The notes under the pieces: model-generated
The model's database searches: none
What the model was told of the DNA's origin: nothing
What the model saw: only the letters and a program-made list of their open reading frames with translations
Made by a program: the position numbers and the translations under genes
Part shown: one piece after another, positions 26,813 to 37,835 of the stretch
How positions within the stretch are numbered: position 1 is the first letter of the stretch
How the letters are laid out: the number at the start of each line of letters is the position of its first letter
Assembly (NCBI GenBank): GCA_037441565.1
Contig: JBBIRW010000005.1
Coordinates: 69,917 to 133,916 of the forward strand
Length of the DNA stretch: 64,000 nucleotides
Origin: Deltaproteobacteria bacterium
Lineage (GTDB): Bacteria; Desulfobacterota; JBBIRW01
Reading direction: 5' to 3'

Positions 26813-27196
26813 ATGAAAAGTGGGATACATGGCTTTACATTAATAGAATTACTTATAGCTCTTAGCATTATCGCAATCCTTCTTGGTATTGCAATCCCCT
26901 CCTATATACATATCAGAGCAAAAGTCCTTCAATCTGAACCACAAGTAAACTTTGCTACCCTCCTTTCCCTCGAATTTGTTTATAAGGGGCAATATCAAAC
27001 CTTTACATCCGATTTGCAGGCCCTTGGTTTCAATTTAGATGGAAAGGCCTGCTATACCTATACTGTTCTTGAGGCTACACGCGACCACTTTCTCATTCAG
27101 GCCAGTGGGAATCTGGACTTAGATTCTACACTGGATATATGGACCCTTGATCATGAAGGAAGGATCAGACATATCCGCAATGACATAGCTGAATGA
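26813..27196 (+). CDS. type IV pilin-like / pseudopilin protein (prepilin N-terminal methylation motif)
   Basis: Class III signal peptide MKSGIHG/FTLIELLIALSIIAILLGIAIP, with Glu at +5. Confidence 0.8.
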   Translation: MKSGIHGFTLIELLIALSIIAILLGIAIPSYIHIRAKVLQSEPQVNFATLLSLEFVYKGQYQTFTSDLQALGFNLDGKACYTYTVLEATRDHFLIQASGNLDLDSTLDIWTLDHEGRIRHIRNDIAE

Positions 27197-27204
27197 TTTT
27201 AAGA

Positions 27205-27393
27205 TCAGGCACTCTCTTTTGCTACTATCCTTCGCATTCTTCTGATTGCCTTTTTAATCTTGATCCTCTTCCTTTGACTTTTACTCAGGAAGAACTGATG
27301 CCTCTTCAGCTGGGGCAATACATTCTGCTCGAAGTCCTTTTTTAATTTCTTAATCGATTTCTCAAGCTCTCCTTCTTTAACAATAATCTTCAT
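27205..27393 (-). CDS. rpsU: 30S ribosomal protein S21 (probable)
   Basis: 62 aa and very basic. The pattern V.V...E..E.A/SIKK.KK......L..L.R...F..KS..RK.K...A.RR resembles S21. Confidence 0.65.
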   Translation of the reverse strand: MKIIVKEGELEKSIKKLKKDFEQNVLPQLKRHQFFLSKSQRKRIKIKKAIRRMRRIVAKESA

Positions 27394-27416
27394 AAACCCT
27401 TTCTATAGATCCCCCT

Positions 27417-28916
27417 TTATCTCAAATTTTCATTAAAATCATTTATAAGTGTGTCGGGCTCATAGGGTTTTAACTCAAGGAGCCTGATTGTATCCTGCTC
27501 ATCACTTTCAAGAATTTCCATAATAAAAGAACCTGCCCCTGGATTCCTATACCAATCATCATCAAATTTATCCCTCAGCCAAGCCTCAATTTGAGATGCA
27601 ACGATCCATCCCATGATATACTCTGCACTCATTATAAATGGATCCATATCATAAAGAAAGAACCCTTCAGGATGATCTGTATATGTGCCTCTAAATAGGA
27701 AGTCTCTATACAGGCCCCTCATATCTTTACAATCCATCTTTTCATGAATTGTAGATTCAAATTGAAACTTTGCACAGTATCTCCTTATCATGTAAAGCTT
27801 CTGGAAATATGCATAAAATAAATAATTCTCCGGGCTGGAAAAATCAAGATACCTTTTGAGCCACCCCCTTTTCAAAGGCAGATAATGAAAGATAAATGCA
27901 ATGGATTCAGAAAAGAAAGGCTCAACAAGATACCTCTTCTCAAATGGCATATCCCCTTTCTTTGTTATATAAAGAAAGGCATGCCCAATTTCATGAAATA
28001 AGGATTGATAATCCTCCTGTCCCCCAAAGGGATTTATCATAATATAGACCCTATCTGGTACGCTTACAGGAAAACAGGATGCCCTTGCCACCTTTCCAGT
28101 TTTTACCTCTATATCAATATAGAGACCAGGGGATTCCCACAGATTCCATCTAGAATCCCGAGCCCATCTCTTCATCACCTCCCTTAACCGCTCATGAGGG
28201 AAATATTTATCAAACTCCCTCATCCTGAAAAAATAAAGGAGATCATGTTTTTCTATCACCTTTATTCCCAGTTTTCTTTTTGCCACCCATTGCAAGATAT
28301 CCCAATAAAGATCCTCTGTTTCCTGAAGTAACCTTGATACTGCCTTTCGAAGCTGTGAGAAATTCCTCTCCTTAAGATTCTCCCATGTTTGTATATAGCT
28401 TTTGAACCCAATCTCCATACAACTCTCCCATGAGACCTCCCACATCTTCATCATTATTGGATTAATACTTTCAATGAATTCAAGCCTCCTTTTCTCAATC
28501 TCAACCCTCTTTTTCCTATCGCCCTCATTTGCAATATAAATCAGACTTGATCGGAAGGGGATTAATTCGCCGTCGATCTTAATATTCTCTTCAAGCTCTA
28601 ACTTATTTATCCTTAATTCGTATGGAATTCTTTTTAAATTCTCCCGTTCGGAAATCAGAAAGGATAGGATCTTTTTAATACCCCTTCTTTCATATGGATC
28701 GACATCTGTCTGTCCTTCCTTTCTTCTCAGATCCATTATAAGTTTTCTCGAAAAAAGCCATTTATACCTCTCATATATCCCGGAAAGACCCTCTCCCCTC
28801 CCCATTCCGGCCTTCTCATGATACTCCTCTTCTGTCTTTTCCTTCCAGAAGGCCTCGGCCTCTTTTCTTATATTCGTAATTTCATTAGCTTCGGCAGAAG
28901 GTCCCGCCCCTCGCAT
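27417..28916 (-). CDS. HExxH zinc metallopeptidase, M3/oligoendopeptidase-F-like (divergent)
   Basis: HEIGHAF zinc motif with a downstream Glu (FSESIAF). Size and all-helical character resemble M3B peptidases. The family assignment is tentative. Confidence 0.6.
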   Translation of the reverse strand: MRGAGPSAEANEITNIRKEAEAFWKEKTEEEYHEKAGMGRGEGLSGIYERYKWLFSRKLIMDLRRKEGQTDVDPYERRGIKKILSFLISERENLKRIPYELRINKLELEENIKIDGELIPFRSSLIYIANEGDRKKRVEIEKRRLEFIESINPIMMKMWEVSWESCMEIGFKSYIQTWENLKERNFSQLRKAVSRLLQETEDLYWDILQWVAKRKLGIKVIEKHDLLYFFRMREFDKYFPHERLREVMKRWARDSRWNLWESPGLYIDIEVKTGKVARASCFPVSVPDRVYIMINPFGGQEDYQSLFHEIGHAFLYITKKGDMPFEKRYLVEPFFSESIAFIFHYLPLKRGWLKRYLDFSSPENYLFYAYFQKLYMIRRYCAKFQFESTIHEKMDCKDMRGLYRDFLFRGTYTDHPEGFFLYDMDPFIMSAEYIMGWIVASQIEAWLRDKFDDDWYRNPGAGSFIMEILESDEQDTIRLLELKPYEPDTLINDFNENLR

Positions 28917-28965
28917 CTCCGTTTAATAAATCCTTTTGATCCATAATTATTTCATTTCTCTTCCT

Positions 28966-29406
28966 TCAGGCAGAGGGGTAAAATTTCTCATCCTTTATTA
29001 ATTCATACAATGGTTTCCTTCCTGCAAAACCCTCATTCAGTCCATGCCAGTATGAGATCCTCTCCTCATCGATCTGCCAGCAAAGGTATACCTCCCGACC
29101 ATCTATTAATGCGGGAAAATCAACCAGGCCTCTTTCCACATCTTTGAGGATACACCCGTACATATCAACAGTACTTAGCTTCTCCTGTATTTCATCCATA
29201 ATAAACTGAACCTCTTCTTTTAACTTGAAAAACCCTTTTATACCAACGCCTTCGCCCTTCCATACCATCTTGAGGCTTTCCTCGAGGAGAAGTTGTTTTT
29301 CAAAGGCCTCCCTTCTCTTATCCCTGATCTCTTCGAGAATTCTCCTCAGCAGGGGTATCATCCTGTTTGCCTCTTCAATGGTGAAAAATTTCAACGGCAT
29401 AATCAC
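28966..29406 (-). CDS. conserved hypothetical protein (DUF2203-like)
   Basis: The N-terminus FTIEEANRMIPLLRRIL and the C-terminus GLVDFPALIDGREVYLCWQIDEERISYWHGLNEGFAGRKPL match my recollection of the DUF2203 family. Confidence 0.5.
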   Translation of the reverse strand: MIMPLKFFTIEEANRMIPLLRRILEEIRDKRREAFEKQLLLEESLKMVWKGEGVGIKGFFKLKEEVQFIMDEIQEKLSTVDMYGCILKDVERGLVDFPALIDGREVYLCWQIDEERISYWHGLNEGFAGRKPLYELIKDEKFYPSA

Positions 29407-29412
29407 ACCCCC

Positions 29413-30048
29413 CTATTTACCTCTTGAATTATTACCCCATATTATCTTGTGCAGTTGCAACTGAAGCCTTGCCTTTATTCCGTCATCAAGGATCCACTGT
29501 GCCAGATCTCTTGCCTCAATCTCTCCATGCACGGGTGATAGAAGGATATGGCATCTCCTTTCAAGGGAATACCTCTTTATTATATCCCGCGACCATATAT
29601 AATCCTCCCTCGATGAAATCACAAATTTTATTTCGTCCTTCTCATCAAGGGATTCTATATTGCTCCACCTCATGCGATCCGTCATCCCTGAACCTGGTGG
29701 TTTCAGATCCATAATCCTTACAGCCCTTCTGTCAATCTTTTCTATATCAAGGCTCCCATTTGTTTCAACAAGCACCTTAAAACCTTCTGAAATTAACATA
29801 GAAACAACCTCAGATAGGTCTGTCTGGAGAAGTGGTTCACCACCAGTAATTTCTACAAGATCGAGATTGGAATCCCTAACGATCTTCAAGATTGTACTGC
29901 AATCTAATTCACTCCCTCCTGAATATGCATAAGCGGTATCACACCATCTGCATCTGAGGTTACAGCCCGATGTCCTTATAAAGAAGCATGGGAGTCCTGC
30001 ATATGAAGATTCGCCCTGAATGCTTTTGAACATCTCAATGATAGTCAT
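29413..30048 (-). CDS. queE: 7-carboxy-7-deazaguanine synthase (radical SAM)
   Basis: FKSIQGES..AGLPCFFIRTSGCNLRCRWCDT (Cx3Cx2C) and the short QueE length. Confidence 0.9.
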   Translation of the reverse strand: MTIIEMFKSIQGESSYAGLPCFFIRTSGCNLRCRWCDTAYAYSGGSELDCSTILKIVRDSNLDLVEITGGEPLLQTDLSEVVSMLISEGFKVLVETNGSLDIEKIDRRAVRIMDLKPPGSGMTDRMRWSNIESLDEKDEIKFVISSREDYIWSRDIIKRYSLERRCHILLSPVHGEIEARDLAQWILDDGIKARLQLQLHKIIWGNNSRGK

Positions 30049-30130
30049 GCTCTCTACAATCAGATTTTATAATGAATGCGGGATTCTATCCACCCCTGTA
30101 TGTATAAGGAAGTGATATTAAAGAAAAAAT

Positions 30131-31048
30131 TTAAAGATAAGTAAGCCAATTTCTAAATTTTTCGTTTCTCCCCCTCACTATATCAAAAAAGGTCTTCTGT
30201 ATCTCTTTTGTAATGGGACCAGGTTTTCCATCCCCGATGGGTCTATCATCAACCTCCCTTATCGGTGTTACCTCTGCTGCTGTCCCTGTAAGAAATACCT
30301 CATCTGCTATATAAACCTCATCCCTCGTAAATCTTTCCTCCCTAAGTGGTATGTTCAGCTCTTCAGCGATCCTGATTACAGAATCCCTCGTAATACCCGG
30401 AAGGATTGAGGTAAGGGGTGTTGTCTTTATCACCCCTTTTTTTATTATAAATATATTCTCCCCGCTTCCTTCAGATACATACCCCTCTGTATCAAGGATA
30501 ATTGCCTCATCATAACCAACCTTTTTAACCTCCCTCTTTGCCAGTATAGAATTAACATAGTATCCGATTACCTTTCCTTTTGTCATTGAACTGTTGACAT
30601 GATGTCTTACAAAGGAGGAGACCTTTGCCCTTATACCATTTTTCAGACCTTCCTCTCCAAGGTATGCACCCCAGGGAAAGGCTGCGATTACAGCATGAAC
30701 AGGATTTCCCGAGACATACAAACCCATCTCACCAGCACCAATAAACACAATGGGTCTTATGTATGCCTCCTTTAATCCATTGAATCTCAGGACCTCAAGG
30801 GATGCACTTATTATCTCTTCTTTTGTGAAGGGCACCTTTATATCGATAATATGGGCAGACTCAAACAGGCGATTTATATGCTCATCCAATCTGAAAACAG
30901 CTGATCTCCCATCGTATGTTTCATAGCACCTTATGCCTTCAAATACACCCCAGCCATAATGCAGGGTATGTGTTAGCACATGAACCCTTGCATCATCCCA
31001 GTCTACCATCTTTCCATCCATCCAGATTTTCTTTACTTTTTGCACCAT
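30131..31048 (-). CDS. ilvE: branched-chain-amino-acid aminotransferase (fold type IV PLP)
   Basis: Typical IlvE motifs ([46 protein letters not shown]). Confidence 0.93.
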   Translation of the reverse strand: MVQKVKKIWMDGKMVDWDDARVHVLTHTLHYGWGVFEGIRCYETYDGRSAVFRLDEHINRLFESAHIIDIKVPFTKEEIISASLEVLRFNGLKEAYIRPIVFIGAGEMGLYVSGNPVHAVIAAFPWGAYLGEEGLKNGIRAKVSSFVRHHVNSSMTKGKVIGYYVNSILAKREVKKVGYDEAIILDTEGYVSEGSGENIFIIKKGVIKTTPLTSILPGITRDSVIRIAEELNIPLREERFTRDEVYIADEVFLTGTAAEVTPIREVDDRPIGDGKPGPITKEIQKTFFDIVRGRNEKFRNWLTYL

Positions 31049-31061
31049 TTTTAAACCCCTA

Positions 31062-34000
31062 TCAAATATTTATTTGAAATAATTCCATATAAATCCTTCT
31101 TATATGGGATGTATAAAAGGAGTAATCATGAAGTAGCCCCCTTTCATCCACATATCCCATGCTCCTTGCAATCGGAATAAGCCTGTCACCCACTGCCTCA
31201 ATCTCATCAAGGGATCTGTCGTGAAGCAGTCTCAGTCGATTCTCCAGATTTCTCAGGAAATAGTACCCATCCATGAGGACCTTTGAATCCTCTTCAGGCA
31301 GATAATCCCTTTTCTGTAAAAGGTTAAGAAGCCTGAAACTATTTGTTTGTCTCAATTCCACATCATCCTTCCCATAGATGATCTGCAATGCCTGGATAAT
31401 AAATTCTACATCAACGATTCCACCTTTGCCAACTTTGATATTGTATTTACCTTCACCCTCTTTAGCAAGTTCAACCTCCATCCTTCTCCTCAGGTGATGG
31501 AGCTCCCTGAGTGCCTCCCTTTCCACTGGCCTTAGAAAGACAAACTTCTCGATAATTGCCTTGATCTCCTCCGCAAGGATCGGATCGCCAGCAACAGCCC
31601 TTGCCTTTAGAAGGGCAAACCTCTCCCATAACCATGAACTTCTTCTATGATATTCCTCAAATGAGGAAAGCGAGCACACAAGGGGGCCAGCATTCCCTGA
31701 AGGTCTAAGCCTTGTGTCTATCTGATAGAGTATACCACCCCTGGTTCGCACTGAAAGAAAGGAAATGATCCTCTGCGCAAGCTTAGTGAAGAATTCATGA
31801 TTGCTGATCCTCTTTTCACCTCCCCTTGTTTCACCAGTTGAGGAGTAGATGAAAATGAGATCAAGATCTGAATAGTAGTTTATCTCCCTTCCACCCAACT
31901 TTCCCATACCCAATATGAGAAAAGCAGGCTTATCCCCACTTCCCTCAGGAATACCATAAACCCTTGTAAGATGCTTCCATGAAATCTCCATGGCTTTTTC
32001 CACACATATATCCGCTATATCGGAAAGTTGTGCAGTTACCTCTTCAAGACCCAGTTCACCCGCTATATCGTTGATCCCTACCCTTAAGAGCTCTGCATGC
32101 CTGAACTGTCTTGTTATCTCCAGGATCTCTTCAATATCTTCAACCCCCTCCAGCGCTTCCTCGAGCTCCCGGCTTATCTCATCCTTTTGCCTTCTTATGT
32201 GTGCGGAGCCATAGAGGAGAAGGGTATCAAGAATCTCCGGGTGCTCGATTAGATAATTGCTCAGGAAATCGCTCGTACCAAAAAGGTGCATGAGTGTTTT
32301 AAGGATTTGGGGATTCTCATAGAGGAGCGCATAGTACGATCTCCTTGCCCCAACAGAAGAAAGAAATTTCTCAAGGTTTATCAATGCCTTATCAGGATCG
32401 GGATTCTTAGCCACCTCTCCCATTATCCTTGGTGCCATCCTTCTCAAGAGCTCCTTTGTTTTTTCGGAAAAATGGGCAAAAGGGGGGCCTTCATAAAGCA
32501 GCCTCAAATTTTCGTATGCCCTTTCAGGTCTTTTAAAACCAATCTGCCTCAATCTTAAGATCAAATCCTCACCACCCTGCTCTTCCTGAAATAGTTCATC
32601 AAGACAGACAACTGTAGTCGCTTCATCCCTTTCACCTCCACTGAACAGCCTGTTAAAAATAGATTTTACCCTTTCCGTATGTATCCTTAAGACCTCCTGA
32701 AACTTCTCCTCCGCACTCATTTTATCACTATCAGTGAACCCAAGCGCCCTTGCAAGCCTTCTCATATCCCTCCTTGTTAAAGGCAGGGAGTGCGTTTGTC
32801 TTTCTTGATAGAGTTGAATTTTATGCTCGGTTTCCCTAAAAAAGATATAAGCCCTTCTCAGACCTTCACCATCCTGCTCATCGATGATCCCTTCCATCAC
32901 AAGTCTCTCAATTGTATTAAGTGTGTTCCTCTCCCTTATCCTTCTATTTCTACCCCCGTAGATGAGTTGATGCGCCTGAAGAAAGAACTCTATCTCCCTT
33001 ATCCCTCCTTCACCAAGTTTCAGATCCTGCCCCCTGCCTATATTTCTCCAGAGACTTGATTCGATCCTCTTCTTGATAGCCTTTATTTCATCAATCGCAC
33101 CAAAATCCAGATACCTCCTGTAAACAAAAGGCTCTACCACTTTTAAAAACTCCTCACCAAGAGCAACACTTCCTGCCACAGGTCTTGCCTTAATCAATGC
33201 TGCCCTTTCCCAGGTTTGACCCCAAGATTCATAGTAGATTTCAGCACTTCTCAGGGAATATGCAAGATCCCCATTTATCCCCTCCGGTCTGAGACGGAGA
33301 TCGACCCTGAATACGAATCCATCTTCGGTGATATTGCCTATCAATTTCACTATCTGTTCCGATGCCTTAACATAAAAGGTATGCAGATTTATTCTGCTAC
33401 CGCTTCTTCCACCTTCTGTCTCGCCCCTGTCTGAAGAATATATGAAAAATATGTCCACATCCGATGAATAATTCAGCTCCTCACCACCAAGCTTCCCAAG
33501 ACCGATAACACAAAACTCCGCTCTCTTCTTATTACCTTCGTAATCAACAAAATATGGAACGCCGTATAAGTCCTCAAGCTGTTTGAGGGAAAATGAGGTA
33601 GCATTTTCAAGGCATGCTGATGCAAGGTCGGAAATCTCCTTCATGAGGACAACGGGATCATCAATCCTTATCAGATCCTTCACACCTATCCTGAACATCT
33701 CTTTCCTTCTGTAATCCCTGAGGATTTTTGAAAGGATTGCAATGTCATCCACCCCTGATGAGAGGGCTTTTAATACTTCATCGTGCCTCTGTTTGAACCT
33801 TCTCTCTGTGATCTGCGGAGAACACAAAAGCTCAAGATAGTCTGCTGGATTTTTAAGAAAAATATTGCTGAGGCTTTCTGAATAACCAAAAAGTGCGCAC
33901 ACCCTTTTCATTAAAGAACTTTCCTTCAGGCACGCAAGATACATATCAGGATGTGAACTGCTTATCCATCTTTCTATATTACCCAGTGCCATATCTGGAT

Positions 34001-34139
34001 CAGGTGCATGGGAAATCTCCTCTACAAGACTTTGCAGCAACTCCTTATCAAGAAAGCGAGAAAGCTCTCTAATTTCCTGTGCTGCCCTTTCAGGTTCAAA
34101 GAAGCCCCGATTTGAAAGGTATTCAGGAGAGAAAAACAT
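31062..34139 (-). CDS. glnE: bifunctional glutamine synthetase adenylyltransferase/adenylyl-removing enzyme
   Basis: Two nucleotidyltransferase modules ([20 protein letters not shown] and [20 protein letters not shown]), each followed by a GlnE helical domain. Confidence 0.9.
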   Translation of the reverse strand: MFFSPEYLSNRGFFEPERAAQEIRELSRFLDKELLQSLVEEISHAPDPDMALGNIERWISSSHPDMYLACLKESSLMKRVCALFGYSESLSNIFLKNPADYLELLCSPQITERRFKQRHDEVLKALSSGVDDIAILSKILRDYRRKEMFRIGVKDLIRIDDPVVLMKEISDLASACLENATSFSLKQLEDLYGVPYFVDYEGNKKRAEFCVIGLGKLGGEELNYSSDVDIFFIYSSDRGETEGGRSGSRINLHTFYVKASEQIVKLIGNITEDGFVFRVDLRLRPEGINGDLAYSLRSAEIYYESWGQTWERAALIKARPVAGSVALGEEFLKVVEPFVYRRYLDFGAIDEIKAIKKRIESSLWRNIGRGQDLKLGEGGIREIEFFLQAHQLIYGGRNRRIRERNTLNTIERLVMEGIIDEQDGEGLRRAYIFFRETEHKIQLYQERQTHSLPLTRRDMRRLARALGFTDSDKMSAEEKFQEVLRIHTERVKSIFNRLFSGGERDEATTVVCLDELFQEEQGGEDLILRLRQIGFKRPERAYENLRLLYEGPPFAHFSEKTKELLRRMAPRIMGEVAKNPDPDKALINLEKFLSSVGARRSYYALLYENPQILKTLMHLFGTSDFLSNYLIEHPEILDTLLLYGSAHIRRQKDEISRELEEALEGVEDIEEILEITRQFRHAELLRVGINDIAGELGLEEVTAQLSDIADICVEKAMEISWKHLTRVYGIPEGSGDKPAFLILGMGKLGGREINYYSDLDLIFIYSSTGETRGGEKRISNHEFFTKLAQRIISFLSVRTRGGILYQIDTRLRPSGNAGPLVCSLSSFEEYHRRSSWLWERFALLKARAVAGDPILAEEIKAIIEKFVFLRPVEREALRELHHLRRRMEVELAKEGEGKYNIKVGKGGIVDVEFIIQALQIIYGKDDVELRQTNSFRLLNLLQKRDYLPEEDSKVLMDGYYFLRNLENRLRLLHDRSLDEIEAVGDRLIPIARSMGYVDERGLLHDYSFYTSHIRRIYMELFQINI

Positions 34140-35209
34140 TATAAATTTTTCTCCCGAAGTCTCTTAAGGGACGATATATATGGTCTTTTTGCAATCCCTT
34201 TATCAGTGATTATAGCAGAAATCAACCATCTCGGCGTTACATCAAAGGCTGGATTTCTTGCCCGAGAACCATAAGGCGTTATCTGTATTCCCATAAAATG
34301 GGTCACCTCGGATGGGTCCCTTTCCTCAATGGGAATCTCTTCAGGATTCTTTTTTGAAAAATCTACTGTTGAAATCGGGGCTGCTACATAAAAGGGGATC
34401 CTGTGTGCCTTTGCAAGGACCGCAATTGTATAAGTTCCTATCTTGTTCGCAACATCACCGTATGAAGTAATCCTGTCCGCACCCACAATAACGCAATCTA
34501 TCTCGCCCTTTTTCATAAAATATCCAGCCATGTTGTCCGTAATCACGCAGAATGGAATGGAGGCCCTTTTCAATTCCCATGCAGTAAGCCTTGATCCCTG
34601 AAGGAATGGTCTTGTTTCATCAACAAAAACAAAGATTTTTTTGCCCTCCTCAAATGCAGCCCTTATAACACCAAGTGCAGTTCCATATCCTGCTGTCGCA
34701 AGTCCTCCAGCATTACAATGGGTTAGTATTCTGAAGCCATCACCTATGAGCTCCTTTCCAAAATGGCCTATCCTTTTGCACGAAAGCATATCCTCCTCAT
34801 AAATCTTCATCGCCTCCTCTACTAACAATTCTGAAAGCTCCTCAACATCCATATGGGTATTTTTTTGAACAATGTCTTTCATCCTATCAATTGCCCAGAA
34901 AAGATTAACGGCTGTTGGTCTGCTCGAGGCAAATTCTCTAAATATCATCTCAAGCTCCATTCTGAAGTGGTCCTTATCTTTAATACCCATATCCTCAACA
35001 ATTGTTTTTGCCCCGATAGCAATGCCAAAGGCTGCAGCAATCCCTATTGCTGGTGCACCCCTTATAGCCATATCCTTTATCGCCATTACAACTTCCTGAT
35101 ATCTTTTTGTCGATATATAAACCTCTTCAGATGGGAGCCTTCTCTGATCAAGGATTATAACCTCCCCATTTTTCCACTGTATTGGCTTTGGTTCCATATC
35201 ATTATTCAT
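34139..35209 (-). CDS. mtnA: S-methyl-5-thioribose-1-phosphate isomerase (eIF-2B-like family)
   Basis: IRGAPAIGIAAAFG, THCNAGGLATAGYGTALGVIR, VDETRPFLQGSRLTAWEL, GADRI..YGDVANKIGTY. Confidence 0.85.
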   Translation of the reverse strand: MNNDMEPKPIQWKNGEVIILDQRRLPSEEVYISTKRYQEVVMAIKDMAIRGAPAIGIAAAFGIAIGAKTIVEDMGIKDKDHFRMELEMIFREFASSRPTAVNLFWAIDRMKDIVQKNTHMDVEELSELLVEEAMKIYEEDMLSCKRIGHFGKELIGDGFRILTHCNAGGLATAGYGTALGVIRAAFEEGKKIFVFVDETRPFLQGSRLTAWELKRASIPFCVITDNMAGYFMKKGEIDCVIVGADRITSYGDVANKIGTYTIAVLAKAHRIPFYVAAPISTVDFSKKNPEEIPIEERDPSEVTHFMGIQITPYGSRARNPAFDVTPRWLISAIITDKGIAKRPYISSLKRLREKNL

Positions 35210-36372
35210 AACTTTGAAAATTGGGCAAGCTGATTAAGGACAAACTCCCTTATCTCCCTTGGCGTAGGAAGGGTCTCCATTAATTTACCACCTTTAATAA
35301 AGTTAACATGAAGAAGTCTCATCTCACCACCGCATGCGCACCTGCCTGGATCTTCACCCTCTATGAGGATTCTATCCCTCATACAAGAATTGCACCTCCA
35401 TACCCTCTTTGCGCCAGATTCCTTCCCCTTCTTCGCAATCTTCTCCCCATCAATCTCAACGATATCAAGCGAAAAGTCAAGGACCTTTGCGGCACTTATG
35501 GATGTACCCACACCAAATCCATCTGCAACATCCCTCAATTCGCGGATATTACCCTCATCAAGACCTCCGCTTATAAAAATCTTCACATGCCCGAAACCCC
35601 TTATACCAAGCTCCCATCTTATCTCCTCGATTATCCTCCTCATATCGCCTTTTCTCGATGCTGGTGTATCAAGCCTCACGCCGTAAAGGTTCTCCTTTAG
35701 GGCGGATGCAACCCTTATAGCTTCAAACTTCTCGTCACCGAAGGTATCTATAAGCGAAACCCTTCTTACATTCCTGTCAATCACCTCGTGGAATGCCTCG
35801 ATCGCCTTTACAGTATCCCCGATTATCAGCACCAGTGCGTGAGGGATTGTTCCAACAGGCGCCTCACCAATCACCTCCGCACTCTTAAGCACACTTACAG
35901 CATCGCACCCTCCTATGAATGCGCTTCTGTCCATCATTGGTGCAATTGCGGGATGAACCCTTCTTGCGCCAAAACTAAGCAGAATCCTGTCACCCGCAGC
36001 GAGTCTGCAACGTGCTGCCTTCGTTGCAATCCCTGAGGCATGACATAGAAATCCAAGGAGAGAGGTCTCAAATATTCCGAATTCTGTATACTTTCCTTCA
36101 ATAATCATAACTGGCTCAAATGCCCTGAATATCGTCCCTTCCCTCATGGCCCAGACATTTACAGGAACTCCCATAAGTAGCTTCAAAGCCTCTTCCAGAC
36201 CTGCAAAGACGCCCCACTGATACTGTTCGGGAAACTTCTTTAAAAATATCTCCACCTTTACATATTTTTCTATACCCTTTGCCCTGAGGATCTCCATTGT
36301 TCTTGCAAAATAGACATCTGTGACATAACCCCCTTTGATATCCTTTTCATCAGCAATATGGAAAAGCCCCAT
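35206..36372 (-). CDS. nicotinate phosphoribosyltransferase (archaeal/thermophile type with C-terminal zinc ribbon)
   Basis: N-terminal TDVYF, a type II PRTase barrel, and a C-terminal CNSC...CACGG ribbon. Confidence 0.78.
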   Translation of the reverse strand: MGLFHIADEKDIKGGYVTDVYFARTMEILRAKGIEKYVKVEIFLKKFPEQYQWGVFAGLEEALKLLMGVPVNVWAMREGTIFRAFEPVMIIEGKYTEFGIFETSLLGFLCHASGIATKAARCRLAAGDRILLSFGARRVHPAIAPMMDRSAFIGGCDAVSVLKSAEVIGEAPVGTIPHALVLIIGDTVKAIEAFHEVIDRNVRRVSLIDTFGDEKFEAIRVASALKENLYGVRLDTPASRKGDMRRIIEEIRWELGIRGFGHVKIFISGGLDEGNIRELRDVADGFGVGTSISAAKVLDFSLDIVEIDGEKIAKKGKESGAKRVWRCNSCMRDRILIEGEDPGRCACGGEMRLLHVNFIKGGKLMETLPTPREIREFVLNQLAQFSKL

Positions 36373-36383
36373 TCTCAGACCTC

Positions 36384-37826
36384 CTAATTCCTCATTCCCT
36401 CAAGAAGCCTTCTTAACACCTCATTGGCTTTCTTCGGATTTGCCCTCCCCTTTGTCCTCTTCATAAGTTCACCTACAAAAAATCCTATCAATCTCTCTTT
36501 CCCTTTTAAATACTCCTCAACCTCTGATCTGTACTGCTCAATCACCTCCCTGGCTACTCTTTCAATCACTGCCTCATCGGTGATCTGGACAAGACCCTTT
36601 TCCTTTACAATCTGTGAGGGCATCTTCTGGCTTCTGTAACTCTCCTCAAACACACCTTTTGCCATTTTTCCGCTTATGATCCCCTTATCTATCAGTCTGA
36701 GCAGGTCCACCATGTGCGAAGGTGTGAAGGGTGATCTGTCCGCATCTATATTCTCACGGTTTAATTCCCTTAACAATTCTGTCAATATCCAATTGCTTAC
36801 GATCTTTGGACGCGGGTATGATTGCACTACCTGTTCGAAATAATCCGCAAGCGCCTTTGAGGACACAATGATTTCCGCATCGTAAGGGGGGAGGAGCAAT
36901 TCTTTTATAAAGCGCTCCTTTCTCTGCTGGGGAAGCTCAGGGAGCTTGCCTCTGATCTCTTCAATCCATTTCTCATCGATAACGAGTGGAACAAGATCAG
37001 GCTCAGGAAAATATCTGTAATCATGCGCTTCCTCTTTCCCTCTCATGGATACCGTAATACCTTTTTCAGCATCCCAGAGCCTTGTTTCCTGAACGATCTG
37101 CTCACCATCTTCGAGAAGTCTTATCTGTCTTTTTATTTCATAATCAAGAGCCTTTTCAATGAACCTGAAAGAGTTCATATTTTTCACTTCCACTTTTGTT
37201 CCAAGTACATTGGAGCCTTTTGGTCTTACAGAGACGTTTGCATCGCATCGGAAACTCCCCTCCTCCATGTTTCCATCACAAACATCGAGATACATCAGGA
37301 TCGCCCTGAGCCTCCTGAGATATAAAACCCCTTCCTCAGGACTTCTTATATCAGGTTTGCTCACAATCTCAAGGAGCGGAACAGCTGATCTGTTGAAATC
37401 AACAAGGCTCCAGTGACCATCCCCCTCGATATGGATGAGCTTTCCTGCATCCTCCTCCATATGTATCCTTATGAGGCCTATTCTCTTAATACCATCTGCT
37501 GTTTCTACCTCGATAAACCCGTCGTATGCAAGTGGCAATTCATATTGTGAAATCTGATAGTTTTTGGGAAGATCAGGATAAAAATAGTTCTTCCTCGCAA
37601 ACCTGCAGCTTTTTGCAATTTTACAGTTTGTTGCAAGTGCAGTTTTTATTGCCATCTCCACAACTCTCCTGTTAAGAACAGGAAGCGCACCTGGCATCCC
37701 GAGACATACAGGGCATGTATTGGAATTGGGAGGTGATCCAAATGCTGTTGAGCATCCGCAGAAAATCTTTGTATTCGTTTTAAGCTGTGCATGAACCTCA
37801 AGGCCGATTACAGCTTCGTACTCCAT
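36384..37826 (-). CDS. gatB: Asp-tRNA(Asn)/Glu-tRNA(Gln) amidotransferase subunit B
   Basis: [21 protein letters not shown] and full-length GatB similarity. Confidence 0.97.
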   Translation of the reverse strand: MEYEAVIGLEVHAQLKTNTKIFCGCSTAFGSPPNSNTCPVCLGMPGALPVLNRRVVEMAIKTALATNCKIAKSCRFARKNYFYPDLPKNYQISQYELPLAYDGFIEVETADGIKRIGLIRIHMEEDAGKLIHIEGDGHWSLVDFNRSAVPLLEIVSKPDIRSPEEGVLYLRRLRAILMYLDVCDGNMEEGSFRCDANVSVRPKGSNVLGTKVEVKNMNSFRFIEKALDYEIKRQIRLLEDGEQIVQETRLWDAEKGITVSMRGKEEAHDYRYFPEPDLVPLVIDEKWIEEIRGKLPELPQQRKERFIKELLLPPYDAEIIVSSKALADYFEQVVQSYPRPKIVSNWILTELLRELNRENIDADRSPFTPSHMVDLLRLIDKGIISGKMAKGVFEESYRSQKMPSQIVKEKGLVQITDEAVIERVAREVIEQYRSEVEEYLKGKERLIGFFVGELMKRTKGRANPKKANEVLRRLLEGMRN

Positions 37827-37835
37827 TGTCTCTCC

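Noticed and set aside
30049-30130. preQ1 riboswitch in the 82-nt leader of queE.
   Set aside because: I read the minus-strand leader. It has only a small GGA-TAGAA-TCC hairpin. It lacks the conserved preQ1-I/II stem and the A-rich tail pattern. Without covariance-model scoring there is not enough evidence.
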